From assembly GCF_009914755.1 (NCBI RefSeq), contig NC_060925.1: a stretch of 64,000 nt of DNA; one strand, given 5' to 3'. The DNA comes from the human T2T-CHM13v2.0 reference genome, Homo sapiens. The position numbers were made by a program, and so were the translations under genes. The notes under the pieces are model-generated. The model was given only the letters and a program-made list of their open reading frames with translations, ran no database searches and was not told the DNA's origin. Shown here one piece after another: positions 53,811 to 64,000 of the stretch (positions are counted from its first letter, which is position 1; every line of letters starts with the position of its first letter).

Positions 53811-55125
53811 TGTCAGCAACAACAAGAACAAAAAGCAAACCCTGTAAAATATTTAAAGAGGCTTATTCTGAGACAATATGAGTGACCACGGCCCAGAGAA
53901 CAGTCTCACAAAGTCCTGAGAAAGTGTCCCCAAGGTGGGCAGGTTACAGTTTGGTTTTATGCATTTTAGGGAGACAGAAGTTACAGACAGACATAAATCG
54001 ATACATGTAAGGTATATATTTGTTTGGCCTGGAAAAGCAGGACGTCTCAAAGTGGCAGATTATAGGTGCATTCATAAGGGAATACTATGAGTGGAAAGAT
54101 GTTCCTGTGAGTGGAATCCACTCACAGGTGGATTCAAAGATTTTCTGATTGGCAAGTCATTGAAAGAGTTCAGCTAAAGACTTCAAGTCAGTAGAAAGAA
54201 ATACTTAAGTTAGGATAAAGGGGTTTGTGGAAGCCAAGGTTCTTGTTATATAGAGAAAGCCTCCACGTAGCAGGCTTCAGAGAGAATAGATAGTAAATAC
54301 CTTTTTTGAGACCTTAAAAGGTGTCAGACTCTTAGTTAAATTCTCCTACATCCGGGAAAGTTCTGGCTGCACTAAATGTGATTCTCTACAAGCACAAAAT
54401 TTTCCCCACAAAAGAAAACTTTTCAGCCATAAAAAATGATGAGTTCATGTCCTTTGTAGGGACATGGATGAAATTGGAAATCATCATTCTCAGTAAACTA
54501 TCGCAAGAACAAAAAACCAAACACCGCATATTCTCACTCATAGGTGGGAATTGAACAATGAGAACACATGGACACAGGAAGGGGAACATCACACTCTGGG
54601 GACTGTTGTGGGGTGGGGGGAGGGGGGAGGGATAGCTTTAGGAGATATACCTAATGCTAAATGATGAGTTAATGGGTGCAGCATACCATCATGGCACATG
54701 TATACATATGTAACTAACCTGCACATTATGCACATGTACCCTAAAACTTAAAGTATAATAATAATAAAATTAAAAAAAAAAGAAAACTTTGCAGAACCAT
54801 TTCAAAATATGTCAAAGAAATCTACTTTAGGGTAAAATATTTTTATTTCTTTCAGGATCTGCTATCTGTCATGTGATGCTATACCAGAGTCAGGTTGGAA
54901 TTTGGTATCTTATTGCTGAAGAGTCCGTTCTGCTAGTCTTAGGATCTCTATTTTAATGTTAGTGCTGGTCACTTGTACCTAAATTCAAAAAGGCAGGGAG
55001 TAACAGGAGGCCTGTTCAAACTTCCTTCCCATCATGGCCAGGAATTCAGTTTTTCAGGTTTCTCATGGCCCAGAGGGGGTCTGTACAATTGGTTGTGGGG
55101 GCTTAGAATTTTAGTTTTGGTTTAT
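53811..55125 (-). mobile_element. MER4D-type LTR, split by L1PA
   Basis: GTAAAATATTTAAAGAGG...GATTCAAAGATTTTCTGATTGGCAA...GGGGGCTTAGAATTTTAGTTTTGGTTTA. Confidence 0.8.
54423..54777 (+). mobile_element. L1PA3-type LINE, 5'-truncated 3' end
   Basis: Close to young L1 3' UTR (GAAATTGGAAATCATCATTCTCAGTAAACTATCGCAAG, G-rich tract); TSD AAAAGAAAACTTT (54410 and 54778). Confidence 0.93.
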
Positions 55126-56621
55126 ATATTTAATCTGAAGTGGCCAGTATGCCACAGTGCCATATATTGGGGTTATTCTCTTGCCCCAACATCCTAATCC
55201 CCAAATGTTGATATTTTAGTGTATGCAAACTTGCTTCTATTTTTCTTCTGAGAATTTTAGCTTTCCACTAAATCCATAAGTCATTCCTTTAAATCCACAA
55301 GTCCTTCCTTTTGGGGATTATTAAAAGTGCTGGGGACTTAGAGATAGGAAAGAGACTAAGAAGAAGGCAGGGTAAGGAAATGAGTCCAACGTTGAAGTTT
55401 AGGGATGGAGATGGGAAACTGAGGATGGCAGGACCAGCCCAGAGCTGCCCCTCGGCCTCTGACCAGAGGGGAGAGGGCCCCTCCCAGAAGGCAGCCCTAA
55501 AGCAGAGCCCAACGGGCCATGCGTGCAGGAGGAAGGAAGCAGGCCCAGCAAAAAATTCTCTTTTAGTTCCCTCTTAGGGTGCAGATGAGGGTGGAGGGGA
55601 GTGAAGTCAACCTGTTCTGAATGTGAGGCCTGTGTGCTTTCTGGGACACCAGGGATTTGGGACCCACTGGAGGTTCACAGAGATATTCTTAGGGAGCCTG
55701 ACTGTTCTCAACGAGAATGTTTAAGTTTGTGTTTTAATTTTAAAACTCTATCTGTAAGCCATTCTGGATTATCCTGGTGACATTCTTAGCAGCATTTTCA
55801 GGTTCTCCATTGGAGTTTTGTGTTTCTAGGCCTGGCCTCATGTGGCGAGAGTTACTGATCACAGCTCATAACAAGTCAACAGACAGAGGCATAGGAAGGC
55901 CAGCTGATAGCCAGGTGACACCCCACATGCTCAGCAAATGGGAAGCTGGCAGCCCTGCATATAGAAAAAGTGGTGGGAGCAGGACATCATCCCAGAGTGT
56001 ATGGTGGGATGGGAGTTACAAACTGAAAAGAACTGCAAATTCAAGGCTATAGGCACACTGAAAATATCTATTTAGTGTCTGCAAAACATCTACCACATTA
56101 GTGTTGTCAGTTTCCGTTTTTATAGTTTTTTTGGTAGTTATATATATATATGTATTTTCTGGGTTTTATAGTTGTATAGATCTCTATACAGAATAGAAAC
56201 CTAGAATTATGCTTTTTTTTATGAAGCACACACATACAAAAGTAAAGGCAAAAGAAGTCGACACCAGACAACTGTCGGGTTTTTGGGGATTTTTTTGTTT
56301 TTGTTTTCCTTAAGCGTAACAAAAAATCAGCATGTTCCTCATTTTGACGCTAAGCTGATGAAAGCTCCTCCTTTATGTCAGTATGGTTCCCCTCTGGGAT
56401 CTGTGCAATCCTCTGCCAAATGGAAGGACCCTTACTGAAGGTGTAACAGACACATCCACAAGTCTGTCCTGTAATGTCACGTGTAAATCGTGATGGCTGC
56501 AACAAAATCAAATCAACAGGACAAAACAAAACAAAGCAAAACGGGTTAAGTAGAGAATAAACTCAGAACACCATAACCTTTGAAGCTAAGAAAAGAAGCA
56601 GACTCATGTGGCAGACATTAT

Positions 56622-57285
56622 ATTTTTTACTGTGGTAATATATTCCTAACATAATGTTTATCATTTTAACCATTCGTGAGTGTGCACTTCAGTGGCATTA
56701 CACACATTCATATTGTTGTGCAGCCATCAGCACCATCTATATTCCAAAACCTTTTCATTCTACCCAACAAAAATGTTGTACCCATTAAATAATAGCTCCC
56801 AACTCTTTCCTCCTAGCTTGTGATAACCCCTCTTCTTCCTGTCTCTATGAAATTACCTACTCTAGGTACCTCATGTAAGTGGAATCATACAGTATTTGTC
56901 TTTCTGTGACTGGCATATTTCACTTAGCATTATTCCTTAATGTTAATCAATGTTTTAGCATATATCAAAGTTTAATTCCTCTTTGTGACTGAATAGTATT
57001 CCATTGGACAGACATACCACATTTTATTTATCCATTCATCCATCAGTGGCTTTACGGCTTTTGTGAATACTGTTGCTGGTGTACAAGTATCTGTCCCAGT
57101 CTCTAATTTTAATTTATTTGCACATATTCCTAGGAGTGGAATTTTGGGGTCATATGGTAATTCTGTTTAATCTTTTAAGAAATTGATAAATTGTTTTCCA
57201 CAGTGGTTGGACCATTTTACATACCCACCAGCAATAAAAAAAGATTCTAATTTCTCTACATCTTTGCCAATATTTGTCATTTCCC
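56622..57285 (-). mobile_element. L1MB-type LINE 3' end
   Basis: TTCAGTGGCATTA...CTACTCTAGGTACCTCATGTAAGTGGAATCATACAGTATTTG. Confidence 0.85.
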
Positions 57286-57300
57286 CCTATCACCCCCTAC

Positions 57301-57382
57301 CTTTATTTTCTAAGAGATAGGGTCTTGCTATGTTGACTAAGCTGGTCTTGAACTCCTGGCCTCAAGTGATCCTCCTGCCTCC
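57301..57382 (-). mobile_element. FLAM/Alu fragment
   Basis: AGAGATAGGGTCTTGCTATGTTG...AACTCCTGGCCTCAAGTGATCCTCCTGCCTC. Confidence 0.75.
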
Positions 57383-57399
57383 CATCTCCTCCCCTCTCA

Positions 57400-57750
57400 G
57401 TTTACTGGAGGGCTTCTGAGAAAGAGTTTTGCACAATTAAAAAATACACAAGAAAGAGGCAGTCCTTTTTCTTCTGGATTTTTTTGTTTTAGATGAGATA
57501 TCTGGAATTGCACAGCCAACTTACCACCGTGAGGGCAACTGTCCTGAAGACCAATCCAACCTGTGGAAGTCAGCAGAGCAGAAAGAGTAGATCTCTGGTC
57601 CCCAAAGACGTTGTTGAGTTATCAGGTGAGCCAAACTTGGAGCTGCACCACCTTGGAACATCTTGTCATATGTGATTATACATCTCTAACTGACAAGGAC
57701 GTTGGAGTCAGGGATTTCTGTTCCTCGAAGCCAAAGCCATTTTAATTAGG
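57400..57750 (+). mobile_element. MLT1K/L-type LTR fragment
   Basis: GGGCTTCTGAGAAAG...GCAGAGCAGAAAGA...GTTGTTGAG...TTTCTGTTCCTCGAAGCCAAAGC. Confidence 0.5.
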
Positions 57751-57843
57751 ATTTTTAAAATTTCTTCTTTGAAATGCACACAATTATACATATAAAATTA
57801 ATATATATTGACCAAATATTTATGGCATCAAACATCAGTTTGA

Positions 57844-58213
57844 TTTTTTTTCTTTTTTTTTTTTTAAATTATACTTCAAGTTCTGGGATACATGTGCAGA
57901 ACGTGCAGGTTTGTTACATAGGTATACACGTGCCATGGTGGTTTGCTGCACCCATCAACCCGCCATCTACATTAGGTATTTCTCCTAATGCTATCCCTCC
58001 CCTAGCCCCTCACCCCCTGACAGGCCCCGATGTGTGATATTCCCTTCCCTGTGTCCATGTGTTCTCATTGTTCAACTCCTACTTATGAGTGAGAACATGC
58101 GGTGTTTGGTTTTCTGTTCCTGTGTTAGTTTGCTGAGAATGATGGTTTCCAGCTTCATCCATGTCCCTGCAAAGGACATGAACTCATCCTTTTTTATGGC
58201 TACATAGTATTCG
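57844..58213 (-). mobile_element. L1PA7-type LINE 3' end inserted into the tail of an AluJ
   Basis: TTATACTTCAAGTTCTGGGATACATGTGCAGAACGTGCAGG...; TSD TGATTTTTTT at 57841 and 58214. Confidence 0.92.
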
Positions 58214-58216
58214 TGA

Positions 58217-58507
58217 TTTTTTTTAAGAGACAAGATCTCGCTCTGTTGCCCAGGCTGGAGTGTGGTAGCAAACATAGTTCACTGCAATCTCGAACTCCTG
58301 GGCCCAAGCAATCCTCCTGTCTCAGCTTCTGGCGTCTCTGAAACTACAGGCACACACCATCATGCCCAGCTAATTTTCTTTATTTTTAGTAGAGATGAGG
58401 TCTCACTCTGTTACCAGGCTTGTCTTGAACTGCTAGGCTCAGGTGATCCTCCTACCTTGGCCTCCCAAAGCATTGGGATTACAGGCGTAGGCCACTGGAC
58501 TCAGCCT
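58217..58507 (-). mobile_element. AluJ SINE
   Basis: Degenerate dimer with J features. Confidence 0.88.
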
Positions 58508-59799
58508 TAATTTGATCTTTGTCAGCACTGTAATAGCTCACAATCTGCTTATTGGAAGATAAGCGATGCAATATAAAACCTTATGAGATTAAGTATCAAA
58601 GGAAATATCACAGCCAGTCAGTGGTTCAGAGGAAGGAGTGAGGTTTGAGGCTGGAGTGGGATCCAGGCCAAAGTGGAGGTCATAGCTGAGCTGGACCTTG
58701 GAGGTGGGCAGGATCACAAGAAGACAAATGGAGGGGGCATTTTCTCCACTCTTTAGTCACATTTCTTTTTATAAGGAAAAAAAGTGCCCATATACCAAAG
58801 ATTGTGCTCAGGAATTTCTGATAGTGATTGAAGCAATCCCTCTCTCTAATCTCACTCTCCCTGCATTCCTTCAAGTACAAGCTGTTTTCAAAATATTCTA
58901 GCACATTTCTTTGCAAACTGTTTTCATCATTTGGAACTTGCTATCTCACCTAAATGGAATGTGAGTTTACTCAGTTCAGAGTTTTTCAGATGTGATAGGA
59001 GGAGTCACATGAGCTGAAGCAAACCACCCAGCGGCCCCTGGAAAGATCTTCAAGCTCCCAGTCGTGGGTGGGACCCTTCCGACCCTACAGTGTACTGATT
59101 AAAATACAAGAAAAACAGATGAACAAAACCCAAAGCAGCTGCCCTTGCTTGCTCAGTGTGTTTGGATCCTGGAGGGGCTAGAGAGAAAGGAAAAGAGGTG
59201 TCCCTTAGTGAGGAGTGACCAAATGTCCCCTCCCCTTGTTACACACCGCAGGACAGCATTCTGCTTCCACAGGACAACTCAGAGAGGCCACATCCTGCTG
59301 TCTGTAAACACTGCTGCTGTGTGTAAATAAATCTCATTCCTGGAAGGGTCTTGGGCTGGAGTGAGCAGCTTGATCCATACCAGAGACAGTGAGCCTCCAA
59401 GACAAGGCACAGGGGAGAGGACAGACGGCCAGGCCTGGGTCTGCGGCAGGCCACTGCGAACCCCCAGGAAGTCACTTAACAGTCCTGGTTATTCACCATG
59501 GAAATGGGAACCCGAATGCTGGGCTCAGGTGGTTGCTGTGAGCAGTACATTAAAACATTTTCCGTATGGCTGTCATTGGCAACGGGGTAGTAGTGAGTGG
59601 TGGAAAGATGCGTTATTGGTCTTTGCCCCACCTTCAGAAAGGCATCAAATTTAGGGATTTAGTTGTATCTTTAAATAAGATCATCCACACGGTCATTGTG
59701 TTTTATGTGTGCGTGGTGAACAGGGAGACAGCGATGCTAAAACTATGAATTTGTTAAATGTGAAAAATTAAAATATACCATAATTGTTATTACCTTGTC

Positions 59800-60212
59800 T
59801 TGGAGGACTGTGTGTGTGTCTTATATACAGATTTTCTTCTGCCTCTGCCACCCCTGAGACAGCAAGACCAACCCATCCTCCTCCTCCTCAGCCTGCTCAG
59901 TGTGAAGAAAATGAGGATGCAGACCTTGATGATGATCCACTTCCACTTCATGAATAGGAAATACATTTTCTTTTCCTTATGATTTTCTTAATAACATTTT
60001 CTTTTCTTTAGCTTACTTTGTTATAAGAATACAGTTTTATTACATATAATGTACAAAATATGTGTTAACCAACTGTTTATGTTATCAGTAAGGCTTCCAG
60101 TCAACAAGAGGTTATTAGTAATTAAAGTTTTAAAGAGTCAAAAGTTATAAGCAGATTTGTGACTGGATGGAGGGTCAGTGCCCCAATCCCTGCATTGTTC
60201 AGGAATCCACTG
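59800..60212 (+). mobile_element. Tigger2a-type DNA transposon (5' TIR decayed)
   Basis: GATTTTCTTCTGCCTCTGCCACCCCTGAGACAGCAAGACCAACC...GCATTGTTCAGGAATCCACTG followed by TA. Confidence 0.85.
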
Positions 60213-60223
60213 TATTGTATAAG

Positions 60224-60348
60224 TATGTGTGTGTATGTGTATATATATACCTATATATATACACGTGTATATATATATATATTCATATATATATATATAT
60301 ACACGTGTATATATATTTTATACACACACACCCACACTCACACATATA
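60224..60348. repeat. Compound (TG)/(TA)/(CA) microsatellite
   Basis: Read directly from the sequence. Confidence 0.95.
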
Positions 60349-60867
60349 TCTCCATTCCTGGAAATACTCCAGGCTTGAGTGTATGTATTTCCAGGAGCCT
60401 TAAAAAATGGCAACTGCTCAGGAGTGTCTTGACTTCTGAGAGGCTTGCAAAAGATCTAGCAGACAGAGCCCTTCTCAAGTCTGCAGGACAAGGGAAAAAG
60501 CATTAGAGAAGGGCAGGCTGGTTTTCAGAGATGTTTCAAGACCCATGGAGACAGGAGCCCCAGGGCGAAGTGTGTGCATTTTGGAAGAATTTGGTAAAGA
60601 GAACCACCCATCTGTGCTGGCCCCTATTTTCTCTGCAAGAGAATCTGCTTCATAGGTGCTATGAAATTGCAATTGTGATTGAGCTATTAAATTGCTGCCC
60701 ATGCCAAACCTGGCTCCATTGAGAGCTGAAGATGTTTCTGAGCTAAATGAACTGCCATCCACATAAATACAGTCACAAGCACGCCCAGGAGCTGGAGCCA
60801 TCTACCAAGCCCAACGTTCACCTCTTCTTTATTTCTATTTAAAAAACAAACAAGCAAACAAAAAAAC

Positions 60868-63480
<2,613 letters not shown>

Positions 63481-64000
63481 AGTTAGACCAAGAAGATCAC
63501 TTCCGTCTCCTGGGGACGGCACTAATTCAAAGCTGGCTGCCCGTGCCTGTGAGGGTCAGTGTCCAGTTCTGTCTTATTCCCACGCTGTGATCTCGGGCCC
63601 CAGCTGAAAGCTGGGAGCGTTCAGCAGGCACCTTCCTCCTTGACATGTTCCGAGCATAGGTTTTTGTGCCTCTGTCCCAGGAGAGTGCCAAAAGCTCTGC
63701 TGAGTTTCTCAGCTCAATAGCCTCTCTTTTGTTCCGGAACTGGCTGCTGCCCTGCAGGGAAGTGTTGGTCTAAGTGCTGGGTCCGCCTCTCTCGGACTTT
63801 CTCTTTGTGGCCTTTCACATTCTCACTGCCTTGGCCATTATTCTCTGCCTTCAGACGTGTTTTTGTTCTTGTCTTTTTCTGTTTTGTCCGGCTCTTCTCA
63901 TTATTTTCACTGAAAACTTTGGTCCAAGCAATGGTCAGCCCCTCCCCACTTTGCTTTCCATCCCCAGACTCCCTCCTTCCAGGCCTCTTCCCTTCACACC

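Larger units (their letters stand above)
53224..55191 (-). mobile_element. MER39/LTR48-group ERV1 LTR in two pieces (53224-53810 and 55126-55191)
   Basis: Reverse complement TGTTGGGGC...ACCCCAATATATGGCAC...|ATTGGAAGGCCTTAGAAGCTGCCTCAGAACCAAA. Confidence 0.65.

Overview
This window is primate (human-like) non-coding genomic DNA, intergenic or deep intronic. I cannot support any host protein-coding exon, tRNA, rRNA or CRISPR array; nearly all listed ORFs are chance ORFs or come from Alu, L1 or LTR sequence. Roughly half or more of the window is interspersed repeat: Alu (J, S, Y), old and young L1 3' ends, L2, MIR, DNA transposons (Tigger3a, Tigger2a, Kanga/MER104-type, MER53) and many LTRs. The main feature is an ERV hot-zone at about 35.7-55.2 kb. 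It holds an internally deleted HERV-H provirus (42054-46519; two LTR7s, tRNA-His PBS, intact major splice donor, decayed gag/pro/pol), two independent HERV-W (LTR17) solo LTRs, LTR28, an LTR7B-type and an LTR8 solo LTR inserted back-to-back at overlapping target sites, and two nested insertion stacks, the larger five layers deep and resolvable by target-site duplications (TSDs). Other notes: a 78-bp x3 in-frame tandem repeat, a possible ancient L1 3' transduction, and a few repeat-free motif clusters. I found no convincing novel biological system; the best leads are composite LTR regulatory or recombination architectures. Repeat subfamily names come from my recall of consensus sequences, not from a search.
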